64,000 bases of DNA from the human T2T-CHM13v2.0 reference genome, Homo sapiens. Below are positions 43,050-57,725 of this stretch, piece by piece. The notes beneath the pieces were generated by a model. The model did not search any database. It worked only from the letters and a program-made list of their open reading frames with translations, and was not told the origin of the DNA. The stretch's first letter is position 1, and each line of letters opens with the position of its first letter. Position numbers and translations under genes: made by a program. Location: NCBI RefSeq assembly GCF_009914755.1, contig NC_060928.1; one strand, 5' to 3'.

Positions 43050-44140
43050 CTCTGGAGAATCTCAGGTTCTCAGTCCGTGGAGCTCTTTTCTCTACACATT
43101 CCCTTAGTGATCTCATCCAATCTGATAGTCTAAAATAACATCCATAGCCTGCAAACTTCAGCCTGGATCAGGATTCCAGACTCCACTGGATGTCAAAAAG
43201 ACATATCAAACTTCACATGTGCAAATCCAAACTCTTGATCTGTTCCCACATGACTTTCAACCACTAACATCTGCTCCTCTGCAGTCTTCCCTAAGCCAGT
43301 AAATGGATCCTTACACCCCTCAGGCCAAACATCTTGAATTCCTTTCTTTTACCTACATATCCAATTCACCAGCAATTCCTATTAGTTCTGTGTTCAAAAT
43401 GGATCTCAAATCCAAAGCTTCTCAACTCTTCCACCCCTATTACCTTTGACCAAACCACCCTAAACTCTTGTCTGGATAAAAGCCTCTCTCTTGAGTCTTC
43501 CTTTCTCACTGCCACATCTTCCCACAAAACCCCAGTCTACTTTTAACAGAACAACCATAGGGATCCTTTCAAAGTAGAAGTGAGATCTTGTCCCTCATCA
43601 ATTCAAAACCCCCAATGGCTTCCCCTCTCATTCTGAGTAAGAGGCAAGTCCCTACAATGGCCAATAAGGCCTAACACAATATTATTGGCCCCTCTCCCAT
43701 TACCATTCCCCGGTCTCCTATCTCTCACTCATTCTGCTCCCAAGGTGAGCTTCCTCCTCCTTCCTCCAACATGCCAAGCGCACTGCTGCCTCAGGTCTTT
43801 GCCTTCACTGTTCCTTCTCCTTGGAATCTCCTTCCCCGAAATATCCACAGGCTTGCTCCCTATTTCCTTCAGGTATTTTGACCCAATGTGCCCTTTAAGG
43901 CTGAAACCTTCTCATCTCCACCCTGGCATTCCTGATTCTCCTTTCTGGTTTTCTTTTTCTCCATTGCTTACCACCATCTGATGTCCTGTATATTCAAGTG
44001 TCTGCTTATTCCCACTAGAAATTTTGGAAGCTAGATGAGGGCAAGAACTTTTTTGGTGTTTTGTTCACTGCTGTCCCCCTACAGCCTAGAGCAGGGCACA
44101 TAGTAAGTACCAAATAAACACTTGCTGAATGAATGAATGG
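43050..44140 (+). mobile_element. L2a LINE 3' portion
   Basis: ggtgatctcatcca...catatcaaacttcacatgtgcaaatccaaactcttgatct..., ending cttgctgaatgaatgaatggatg. Confidence 0.8.
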
Positions 44141-46055
44141 ATGATGTAGATTATGTTTTAAAAGCATCTTTTCATTGGCACTGTATAGAGCAAACTTGTA
44201 GCAAAGGCAGCCCTGGGAAGTGTCACAGCTACAATTTCATTAACATGCTCAGCTTCGGTACAGATGACATTCCAAATCAGCTGGCTTCCTGGGGCCCAGG
44301 AATCTTTTGAGTTGTGTCCAATTTTATATCTCCTCCTGCCCCTAGGGTAACTTGTCAAAAACCTACTGGGTACCCCATAGCTTGAAAAAGTGGGTAGCTA
44401 ACTTTAATTTCTGGCTGGAGTTGTTTGGATGGGGCTGTAAATGGGGACATACAAGGGGAAACTGTTACCCTTGCTTTGCAGCTGTAGGCTCATGTATTCT
44501 TTACTGCAAAGAAGCATGGAGCGGGCTGTCATTAAAGACACTCAACCTGGTTTCTAGTGTCTGGTTCAATTAAGAGAACTTCTAGGAAGAGACATGACCA
44601 AATAAATAATTGGAGAGATGCAACTCTGAAAGGACAATTGTTTTTTATCGATCTCTGTTTGCAAGTTGAAATTGAGAGATACAAACTTCAAGTGGATGGG
44701 CTCTCCTGGGTGAGAGTCTTCACTTCAAACGCAGTAAATGAGTGTTGTTTTGTGATGCACATTTTAGTACTGCTAGAGGTAAACTTTCTAAATATTAATA
44801 ATAATAATAAACAAATCCCTCTGCAACTGACAGCGAGTGCACAGATGAACAGGGATTTCCAGGAAACAGGCTGTTCTGGTCTTCTGGATGTGGCAAAGTC
44901 TTCATCAGAAGGGACAAGCTCCAGAACAACAGAAAGTGTGCCCCTCATTACTTTGGAATTCCCCTTTCAGGAGCACTGAGGGCATGTGAGTTGATTTTTA
45001 ATGGGTAAAATTAATCTCTTTAGAGCCATCTCTATTATAAGGTATTTTTTAGTTTGAAATTAATAGGAAACTATGGAATTAAAAGCTTCTAATGCTAAGA
45101 GCTGTCATTAGGAAGCGCAGTGACAAGGATTCAATATACTGTGAGGTGCCACTGTACAATATGTGGGATTTTTCATGTCTCCTTGCCATTGAGCTGTAGG
45201 TGACAACTGCAGGTAGAGCTTAGCTAGAATGAAGCTGACACATGCAAGCACTTGGCCCCTCTTGTTCCTGCTCCATCACTCAGGCTGAGCAAGCATCAGA
45301 TAGCTAACACGCCACTCATAGGTACATCTAGAGGGCTGGGTGGTGTGATGGAAAGGACGTGGGCTTTGAAATTAGAGACCTGAGTTTAAATCCTCACTGT
45401 ACCACCCACCAGCTATATAAGCAGATGATCTTACCCTAACCCCCCTCAGTTTCCACATCTGACTCAAATGAGGTTAAAATAACTATCTCGAAGGGTGGTT
45501 AGAGGTTTCAAGTGAGACAGTGTATGGGAAGTACCTAGTATAGTACCTGGCATAGAGTGAGCATCCCCAAAATGATAGCTATTAGGATTATTATTGTTGC
45601 TGTTGTTGTTATTATTATTATAAGAAGTAGCATTATGAAATAGTATTATGGGGCTCAAATTTAGCACTCTACCAGGACTGGCCAGGGAGGGGCTTGTCAC
45701 TGAGATCATTCAGGATGAGGTGTGCAGCACTTCTAAAACACTGCAGATGGTGATGCTGTGGACTGCCCTGGGAACTGAAACTCCCTCCCGCCGATGCTGC
45801 CCAAACTCCCACTGGCCTCATCTGTTTACAAGCCCTGTATTCTTGGTAAGTGCTCATGATCATATTTGGTCTACTGCCCCTTTCAGAACACTGACTTCTG
45901 GGAAGCAGTGATTCCATCTCCTGTTCTTTGTTTTAAAAAAATCTTTCTACAGTAATAATTGTGTTGTAAGAGTTTTAAAAAAATCACCTAGGTCCCCTTT
46001 CATAAAGGGATTTATATAAGGATAACTTTCAAATGGCATTCTGAATTTATTTTAA

Positions 46056-46616
<561 letters not shown>

Positions 46617-48647
46617 TAGAAAAACTGGAGCCAGGTTTTTATCCTTCCTAGACAGGACCACAATATCATATATTGAAACCATGGAATGAGGAAGAAGGTG
46701 ATTCCTGGAAATTAGGGTCCGGGCCTACTGCATTTGTTTTAAATGATTGCTTATTATTATACAATACTTAGTAGTATGTCATAAGTAGTTATGTCATAAG
46801 GATATTCTTTTGGCTGATGATGGAATATAAAGTATTTCAAAGTGGGGTATATTGTGGCCAGTCTTAAGTAAGAAAAACAACAACCAACCACCCAGAGTTG
46901 ACTGAAACTGGTTCCTACTGTCATCAAAATGCACCTACACAAAACCTGACTGAATATTCTGCTAGATCAAAGCTTCCTAAGAATCTGGGTACATGAGCTA
47001 GCACATCTGAAACCTGAGAGGTGACTCTAGATGGCAATAATGAGTGGCTTTCAAACTTTAATGTGCATGATACCCTCTTTTGAAATATGTTACATGTGTC
47101 GGACATCAGGGTTTTATCCTTAAAATTCAGAATCAGTAGGCTTGAGCAAATCTGTTTTGTTTTTAAATTTTTATTTCTTTTAAGAAACAATGTGCTATAA
47201 TTTTGAGGATCACTCTTTGAGAAATGCTGGTCTATGGTGTCCATCCAAAGGGCTCAAGATTCTAAAGCTACATACTTAAGCCCTTCAAAATCAGAATTAC
47301 TGAATAGTAGAGCTAGAAGAGCCCCAGAGATCATCTAGTCTGAACTTTTCATAGCCAGTGGACCACAGGGTTGAGATGTTTCACAGCACAGGGCTCTTTC
47401 TGCAGAACTCTCACTACAGCTTAGCATGGTGGCTAATAGCTAGGCCTGGGCTTGATTTCTGGCTCTGCCACTTGGCATCATGTGACTTGGGCAAGTCATG
47501 GATCACTTGGGAACTTCCCTTATCTAGTGTGATTGTGGAAGTCATGTGAGCTGGTGCCCACAAAGTATTTATGGGAAGTGACCTACACCAAGCTGGTCAT
47601 GTATAAGTTCTGGATTCTTTCCAGCAGATAAGGTATAAGCAGGAGATAAGGTATTCCAGCAGACAAGGCCAAAGGAAGTTTAAGGTAGGTGAAGCTTAGC
47701 TGTACTACTATAATTTTGCCAGCAGGTTTTAATGAAAGTAAGTTGTTGCCCCCATAGAAGTTTTTTTTTTTTTTTAAACTCAACATACACTAGTAGTTCA
47801 ACACAAAAATATTTTATGCAACCTACCCTATAAAATGGCAGTCTCAGCTTGGACCTTTTAGGTGCTCTCAGAGCACCTTGCATGAGAGGGTCCCTCAAAG
47901 CTACGTAATGACATTCCAGAGCAGAATTTGGTGATCTTCCAGTCAGATTCAGGAAACCACAGATCCTCCCAACAGTAGCTGGACACAAAATGAGGTAGGG
48001 ATCACTCCCGCACATCCCTGATGGTTTCATATGTAGACTATGGGATTTGCCAGATTCTTATAGCAAGTGGGAAGTCTCTCTCAAACTTTTAGGCAGCCCA
48101 GATATCAATGAGAACCCATTTATTACATTTATCATGCAAAGTAACAAGTCAGTAATTTCACCAATCAAAATAATGAATTTCTGTATTCATTATGCTAATT
48201 AGTAAGGTCTCTGGTTGATAGAGATATAACAAAAGTATTTGTTGTAGCTGCCTCTGGAGTGAGTATTTCCCTTCTGATAAAGTTGTGGCTGAACACTACA
48301 GTGAAAATTTTCTGTTAGAGCAATTGGCTGTTCCTGGCACTGAAGTCTAAACTAACAAGTACATACATAATTACCACACTGTCCACAGAGAAGTATTTTA
48401 AAGTAAACTTTATGTAACTAGCACTTTGCACAATGTTTACCTATTAAATGCCCAATTAATGTTTGCTGCTATTATTACTATTGAAAATGTGTTGAGTAAA
48501 TCAAAAAAGGTATAAAAACTGTTACATAAGCTGAATAAAATAATAATCTAAATAAAAGAAATCTTATGCAAATTAAGAATCACTTTAAGTCTTAATTTAG
48601 CTCTGCTTCCTACATGGTATCAGAAATTTGGGTTAAAGTTCAGTGAA

Positions 48648-48942
48648 GGCCTGGTGCAGTGGCTCATACTTGTAATCCCAGTGCTTTGAGAGGCTGAGGT
48701 GGGAGGATTGCTTGAGGCCAGGAGTTTAAGATCAGCCTGGGCAACATAACGAAGCCCCCGTCTCTACAAAAAAATTTTTAAAAATTAGCCAGGCATGGTG
48801 GCTCAGGCCTGTAGCCCCAGCTACTCAGGAGACTGAGGTAGGAGGATGGTTGGAGCCCAGGAGTTGGAGGCTGCAGTGAGCTATGATCATGCCACCGCAC
48901 TCTAGCCTGAGTGAGAGTGAGACTCCATCTAAAAAAAAAAAA
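48648..48942 (+). mobile_element. AluJ-type
   Basis: gggaggattgcttgaggccaggag and gagctatgatcatgccac are AluJ diagnostics. A-tail present. Confidence 0.93.
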
Positions 48943-51900
48943 TCCACTGAAAAAGGGACAGCAGAAGCCAAAGCCTACGTGGTGACTATTTGAGGAAGAA
49001 GGTAAAACCTTCTCGCTAAGCAAGCTATAAAGCAATCTTTTTTAGACCTTGGGTTGTGACCCATTAGTGAGCTACAAAATCAATTCTGGATCACATTGTA
49101 AAATATATTTCTAAATGTAGATTGTGGTTAAAAACATTTGACGTGGAGGAAGAAGAGGAGGAATAGAGCATGAGAGTATCAGGGTGAACATCTGGCATAT
49201 CATTAAGATGAATGATACTTGAGGGTCAAGCTGGAGATCTTTCAGAGAAGCTTTAATATCTTTAATTTCATACCTGCTGTCTAGAACCCTGGGGACTTTC
49301 TAAATTTTGATTGCAAAGTCTAGATATGCTAGCAATGATTTTCAGATACCATATTCTGAATAAAAAATCCAAACCAAAAATAGTTCAAAAATCTCTAAAG
49401 AATATTATTGTATCACTTTGTTTGAGAACTTCCATTTCTCTCTTTCTTTATGTGGATCAGAAAATAATAGCACAAAATGACAGACACTCCCTCATTTTTC
49501 TTTAGCCTGGTGGTAAAAATCTACTAGGTCCATAATTTTAGCAGCATCTTTAAGAATCTGTCAAATGGCAAAGACTCCCAAACTGCCTTTCCTCACAGAA
49601 CTGTAACTCTGAAGGAAATTGCATGACAGGAATATATTTATGGCTACACTCCAAAGATAGTCTTCTATTTTCTGTCGTTCCTCTGGATTTCTATTTCAAC
49701 TTTAATGGGTTACTGTGAAACGGCAATGTGGCTCTTAGTTTGCAAGAATGGAGTGCAGACAGTGTTGCCTCATGAAAGGTAAGGCTGGCTCACTAGATCT
49801 ACTTTAAATAGAATATAACTTTTTATTAATAATAAAGAAAATGTAAGAAATGAGTATCAGTTTATGACTGGGCCACATGGAGTATATGTTTATAGGAGCA
49901 ATTACATTTGTTAAGTATTTTAGAACTGTCTTATAACCAGCAGTGTAATCAGAAATAATTTTCTTTTTAAACAATTAATAAAACAATTCAAACCCATGCG
50001 AAGATCAAATATTTATAATACTTGGATCCAGTAAAGCAATTTTTGGTCTTCAAAGTGTTTTCATATCCTATAATCCAATGCAGTTCTGGAAGTTAGGAGG
50101 CCTGGAATATAGTTTCTGAGATATGATCTGGGATAAGTTTAAAGATTTTTTTTCTATGCTTTCATTTATTTTTATGCACAATAAGGCAACAATTACTGAC
50201 TTGCTAATATTCAAGATTGTTTAGGTAACATTATATTACAGGGTTAAGAGCTTTAATCTTTTAGACCAATTGTAGAGTAGTTTTATTAAGATAAGATTCT
50301 TTATGTACCAAGTAGAATAGGCTTTGTGTGGAAAATAATACCAGAAATGCAAACTTTTGTATTTCAAATCAATTTCCTCTTGACAAAATGACTCAAATGT
50401 TATTAAATGAGATTTTTAGCCGAAGTTGTAGGTAATTCTTTAACATTCCTAAGAAACTTCCAATCAAATGGAAAACAAGATCCTTTTAAGATTATGTTTC
50501 TCCTAAGACAGTTTGGAGGGTCTGAAGGTATTTTTTAACCTCTTTAGGAAGAAGCTATAGACATATTTCCTTTTCTGTAATATGTTAACATTATTTATAT
50601 AACTATTCCTTTCAAGAACTTATTTCCTTTGCGCACATAATAGGGAAACTTGTTATTTCATAGAGCAGAAATATCAGTCACAGACTCACAGAAACTTAAT
50701 ACTGGAAGGAATCTCAAGTGTCATTTTGTCCATCTTCTCATTGTATGGATGAGGAAATGAGGCCTATGGCAATTAAGTGATTTGTTCCAGCTTTTGGTGA
50801 GAGAACTGGAACAGGAATCCAGACTAGAATCAGAGATGTGCTCTTTATCCTATGTCTACCAGAAAGCTATATTCTTTTAGCTTAGTGCACAGGTTCTTGT
50901 CATAGTTCAGCTGTGTAACTGCAACTAGACCCATAATTAAGTACATATAAACAATGTAAGAAATAGTTTCCTTGATTTGCCTTTGTACACAAATGTCTGT
51001 AAATGGCAAGATATACAGTGGACTTTTAATAAGCATTGATGATGGTACTCTATTTAATATTTAATTAGCATTCATTCAATTCAGAAGTACTTTTGGAAAT
51101 AAGAAATTTGGAGTCTTGCCATTGACTGCTAATAGTCAGCTGACATACTCTGAGGTTATGTGCTTTCAGTTTGCTATTTAAAAACATTAAAAACTAACAC
51201 AAACATGCTTAACTTAAGGACCTCAAATGTCCTGAAACATTTGCTTGCTAAGTATCGTGAGAAAGTTTTCTGCATATATTGGAACCCTAGATAAGCAAAG
51301 TGATTTGAATACTCAAGAGAAAAAGATAAATAAGATGGTAGTAAAATGCCAATTCTACAGGATATCTTGGATCTAATTTCTTTCTTGACGAGATCTATTG
51401 ACTGACTGTGCACTAAGCCATTATTAACTAGGATACAAGCTGTTCTTCAATCTCTGCTATGTAAAATATCTTTTCATTATTACATAAAAATTGCCATCAA
51501 ACTAGAGAATACTTTGGGAGAGTTCATGGCTTTTATGGCAACCCACAGCAAGTGATGCTGTCTTGACAAAATATAAAATTACCTCCAACCCTGAGCTGAA
51601 ACTATAGGAGAGCAGCAAACAAGCCCTGTAGTATTGTTTTAGATGAAGCACAGTGATAGCTCTGCACTTCCTTCAGGCCTCCTCTTTCTTCCTGAACGAA
51701 CTCCAGGGAATGGCATCATGTCAGGCTTTCCAGATGGATTATGTGAAGCCATAGCTCAATGTCATTTTCAATAGGAAGCCTTATAATTAAAGGTCAAATA
51801 GTCACTTCATCTGCAATCAATCAATAGAAAAAGTACTAATACGAAGAACTAATCAATCAATGGCAAATGCACTAATAAAAGCAATGAATCAAATTCAGCA

Positions 51901-52379
51901 TGTGTGTAGATGCAAGTACAAGGAAGAGATCGAGATAGGGCAAAAGCAAGAACAATAAAATAAATCGAAGGTGTATATAAGAGAATACTCAGAAAGCTTC
52001 TCAAGCAAGAGTTTTCATGTTTGGTTTATTAGTTACATGGTTGCCTCTTGGCCTGCAATGATTTATTCTTGAATACAAATACTAGATATAATAATGAATG
52101 GTATTTTATATTTCACTTAATGTATTCTACGTGAGATGTTAAAGATGTGTATACACATATATACACACACATATATAATCAGAAGAAATACTATGATAGT
52201 GACTGCAAATGGAAAGATGCATTTTTAAAGTGCCAAATAGTTATATTATAATCTGTTATATTTCATCTTTGTGTCAGCAGTGAGAGAAAATATAACTCTA
52301 ACTGATATTACCTAAAATTTCCCCTTGCTTTCTGGACTATGAAGTCCTCATACTCCTTGTGATGTTCTTGCATTTCCAT

Positions 52380-52520
52380 GCAGGGATGTTGATATTTTGG
52401 AGGCTGTGTGTGTATGGGATCAAGCAGTATGTGAGAAATCTCTATACCTTCCACTCAATTTTGCTGTGAGCCTTAAACTGCTTTAAAAATATAAAGTTTA
52501 TTAAAAATAAAAACAAACAA
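52380..52520 (+). mobile_element. L1MC-type 3' end
   Basis: gaaatctctataccttccactcaattttgctgtgagccttaaactgctttaaaaa plus an A-rich tail. Confidence 0.7.
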
Positions 52521-55161
52521 AAAAGAATTTCCATTAGGACTATTATCAGCCTATATCTCAGGTCACTGTCATGGCCTATCCTCTGTACCAGAGATGTCAG
52601 GTCACCAGTAGATCCATGCATTGGATCTTGTGAAAATGGATACAGTAAATTTATAGTGCTTAACAAGAACATTCTAGCATTAGTATCTAAACATCCCTTG
52701 CTGTATGGGGGAAATAGCGGTGATCTGTCTGAGATAAGGGAAGCAGCAAAGAGGGCATTTTCATAAATACTATCTAAGAGACTGTAAGACAGAAGCCAAA
52801 TATGATCAAGGGATGACAGAATATTGGAGCTGGAAGTAAAATTACCTAATTTTAGAACCAAGGAAACTGAGGCCCAGGAAAGTATCAGTGGAAGAGCCAG
52901 GATGAGTATTTAGGTCTTATAATTCCAAGACAGCCTATGTCTATCATGTTATGAAAGTAGCTAAGGATTACATAGATATTACACTAGTACAGCATCATAT
53001 TGGAGGATCTATTTCATGGTAGAACACTGCAAAAGCAAACAGAAATCCAATTTAACCCAACCCTTTTTAGCAAAACAACTACTTCATAGCACCTATCTGT
53101 TTGCCTGAAAATTAGCTTTTGGAGAGTACAAAGGACAGAAAATATGACTTTAGGATTAAGAAAAATAAAAAGACAAAAAACCCTGAATGGGTAGATATTC
53201 TGCTTATAGAAAAGCACACTGTTCACACTGCTGTGTGCTTCCTGAGTATGCGTTTTGCTCTTTGTTCAGCACAACTAGCTCTAGCACAGAACAGAGAAAC
53301 AGAGAAAACCCTTTCTGGTTTTCCTGACAAAAGCAAGTCCTTAAAAGTATCCCAGAACTTGAAGTAAAATCAAAAAAAAAAAAGAAAAATAAGAACAATC
53401 TTCAAAATAGAAAAAAAAAAAAGTGGGTCAGGTTTGCAAGCCTGTTGCAGAAATGTGGGAATGTATTTGGTGCAGCCATGGTTCGGCCTATGCTCTAAGG
53501 ATACAGGCTCATTCGATCCCTGCACTCTGTGTATCTGAGGAGTCTGGCAGCATCTGCCTCTGGACTCACTAACTTTATAAAAGTCCCTCTGGTTTTAGAA
53601 GACCTGAGACACCAGGCAGTACATGACAATAACACACATGGGAAAGAAGTGTAAGATGATTTCCTTGAGGTCAACAACTAAAATACACTTGTTACATGAA
53701 AATCTACAAGACAGGGGTCAGGAGACTCGAACCTTGGGAGTGGTAACATAGTTGTAACTAACATAGTTATTAGTAATCAATAAGAATAGCTACACCTTAT
53801 AGAGTACTCACCAAGTGCCAGGCAGCACAGCAAGCTATTAGATGGGCTCTCTCATGTAGTCCACATCAATCTACTTACAGTATGATTATTGCACACATCT
53901 TGTCATTTATTGACTACCTATTATCTACCAAGTGCTGTGCCAGGTACTTAACAAATTTAGACTTTAATCTTTACAACAGCCTTACAAAATGAGTGTTATT
54001 CTGCCCCTTCTACAGATGAAAAGGTTAAGGTTCAGGGAAGTTAATTGATTTGTCTAAGGTCACAAAATTAGGATTGGAATATGGTTTCTAAGACTGTTTC
54101 AACTTCAATTTAATGATGATTATAGCTACACAGATACAAAAATAGAGCAGTGCATAGACTATATATATATAATTCAAATAAGCTGAAGCTCTCAATAACA
54201 ACTGCTCCTAAGGGTTTGTCCAATTTCTAAATCATGTTCCAAACTTGGTAAGACTGACAGTAGACTATCAGACAAATATGTTTGGGATTAATAAAAACAT
54301 TATGAAATGTCTTCATTTTCTAGTTCACAGACTGAATTTCCTTAACATAAGCAGACTAAGAACATTGTAATGATTCTTCATTCTCTTAAGTGACTCATGT
54401 GCTAAAATGTAGAGAAATTTTTAATATGAGTTTTTGCCATAACATGCCCACCACCCCAAGGAGTTTGTGACTGATGTATATTTCAATAAAGCTTCTGATT
54501 ACTTAATGACTTTTAATGACTAAAAACATAGATTCCGGATGTGTAACAGGTTATTGGGATAATGCCACTAATTGGATAAAGCTAAGTAGAAAATAGCACT
54601 TTTCTTCTTAATCCATTTTTGTCCATTAAATAAATACTTATTTCACTTTTAGTGCTAATCTGATTGAGTTAATGATAACTATATTGTTTCTTTATAGAAA
54701 TAACATTCAGAAATAAGCATCAAACTAATGTCAATATCAAATTAGAGTAATAACATTATTCCCACCTTGCTCTGAGCTGCTGGAAAATAAGTTAATCTTT
54801 TCCAGGGACAACTCTAGGGCCTGCCAAAGCAATGTTTTTGCCAATTCCCTATTTAGAAGTAGTTTCCACAGCATCTCCACCCCTGCTCTAATGTTACATT
54901 CTACATTGGTAATCTTGTATGAGAATTGAAAATATGATTATAAATTAAGCTAAGTTTTACAGTGTTAATTTTGGCCCACAGAGATTTGTTCAATCAAATA
55001 ACAGAATTTCAAAGCAATGACCCACCCTCACTTTGCTACTGTTCCTTATCTAATAGTGTGGACAACACCCCATTCCATTTAATTTGAAGAGTTCTTTGAA
55101 TATCAAAGTCATAAGATGTAACTATATGAGGGTAATAGGTGGTTTTTAACTCTGTGAATCA

Positions 55162-55272
<111 letters not shown>

Positions 55273-57725
55273 TTATAAAAAGCCAATTTAACACATTCAA
55301 AATCAAATGTAGTACCTACCTTTATGTTAACATCCCTTTGATCAATCCTGGTGACAGTAGTAATTCTACACCCAAATGTACAGAAGTGTCTGGATTTCTT
55401 TTTAGAGAACTACTTCTGAGTCATTTATCCATGAAAAGGAGAACAGTTGTAAAAATGTGTGGTGGAGGTCGCCTAAGATCACGTATATAATCAGCCCCTG
55501 GAGCAGGACTGATTATAAAAATAATGCAACAAGGAACTCTAAGTCTCTAGGTTACCACTTGAAATTTACCCAGTGGCTTGAAAGGATAAATATATCTCTA
55601 AAAATGCTCTTTTCAAGGAGCAACACATCCTTTTGGTAGCAAACACACACTTAAGAATACAGGGTATGAAAAAAGATTTAACATCATATATTTTAGTAAA
55701 AACAAATTATCATTTTTTGAGCAGTATCATGTATAGGCATTTCTCTAATGTCTTTACATGTAAAAGCAACAACCCCAAAAGGCAAGTGATGTAATGTTCC
55801 TATTTACAGATGAGAAAACTGAGGCACACAGAAGTGTATAATGTACTCAGGGCCCATGGTAGTAAGTGACAGAGCCAGGATTCAAACAGAGTCTAGTTCC
55901 CAGGCCTGTGTTCTTAATTACTATATTCTACTATTGTTATATACTATGTTAAACATTAAAAAAAACCTCACTGAGTCAAAACTAATTAAATGTTGTGGGG
56001 AGTCAGTACTGGGAATTGGATGTCATAATCAGATTTCCTGTTTTAGATAATAAGGGTTTAGAAAGCCAAAAAAGTTAAAAATGTCATTGTTATGATTGTG
56101 CCCTTATATTTTAGAAACTATTCTTTCCTGTGGAGTCAGGATATCAGGATTTGACTATATAGAGTCTATTCATTCCCTGCTCTGAACTCTGACAGAAGAG
56201 TTAGCAAATGGAAAAATGTTCTAGAAACTGACTCCATCTATACAGTTGCAGATATAACAACGTACCTGATTTTTAAGGCTCCCTAATGAAAGAGACCCAA
56301 TCATTTCCCTTAGTAATCTCATCCCCATGCACGACTTTTGCTGGGAGAAAACTCTTCCCTAAATAGATCCCACATCCTGTTTTTCTTGTTGTATACCCAC
56401 AGGAGGAGAGAAGAGTCCCCTCAACTCCCCGCCGGGTTCCCCCATCACCCCACCCTGCTTCCTCATCCCCTGTGCCTGTGTCAAGAGAATATTTAAAATG
56501 GCCTTTGGTCTCTCTTCTGAAAAGGCATGCATGTTTCTGCTTCCTAACCAGTTGTACTTCTAAGCTGTTTCTTGGTAACTTTCAAACTGAATTTTTGGTG
56601 TCTCACTTCAGTTGAGGATTCCCCATGGATGCATATCATATACTCTTATTGAGTATAATAAGACTGGCTTAATTGTTTCTACATTTTATTCTCATATTGA
56701 TATTGTAATAGCATTCTTGTTTTTTAAACATTGCATTACATGGCTTTCATATTTCTTCATCCCTTTATTCCTCACAGTAGGCCTAATGGGGAAGGAGTTC
56801 CATAAGGTTCCGTAAATGCATGGGCTGAGAGATGAAAGCACTACAAACATACATGAGAAAGAGGAGAGGAGAGAGAAATAGAGTGCTTTCAGCTGAAAGA
56901 GAAGGATCACCTCTAGCTTGGCAGGGAAAGTAGGAGATGATGATAGAGCACAAATAACCTTCTGGGAAAAAATAACAATTGAGCTGAGCCTTAAAGAATA
57001 GATTTAGATATGTGCAGATGTGTGTTTTAGATAGGGGACAGTGAGACTGCAGTATGGGAGTGTAGGGGGCAGTTGGCAAAGAACAGATTCTTCAGGCTGA
57101 CTTGTGTGCAGGGACACTGGCTTATGATCAGGAGTATGGAGTTGATATGATGGGATAAGGGGAACTGCTGAAGGAGTTGGGACAGTAGAATGACATAAGT
57201 AGATCCATTCTTAAGGAGAAGTGATCACACAGCATGGTGTAAGACTAAAGATGGTGAGGCTGGGCAGGAAGCAGGGAGCTCTAAGGGCCTAAAGAATCAG
57301 AGTGAAAACAGGAGATGGTGGAAAGAGACATGGAGATAGGATGAAAAGAATTTCTGTTAACTTCTGTGCAACAGTACCTCCCAACAGCTCAAGAGTGCAG
57401 GCTTTTGGAGCAAACACACCTGATTTTAATTCCAGGCCATCCTTTTTCTCATATGTAGAATGAGTATAAGACCTTCTGACTCTTAGGATCAATTGTGGGG
57501 ATAAATGCCAGTGCTTGTTAAGAATGTGGCACAATGTAAATGTTGAACACAAGCTAGGGGATATTGATATTATTATTATTGCTTTGAGAGAGAAGGAAGA
57601 ACCAAAGAGAAATTAGAAATTTTGAGTATATGGAACCAAGAGGAGCATTAAGGAAACAGAATTAAAGAGGAGGCTCAGTGAGCCTTGGGAAGGAGGCCAA
57701 GGAGTTGATGCTGATGTATGCTAGA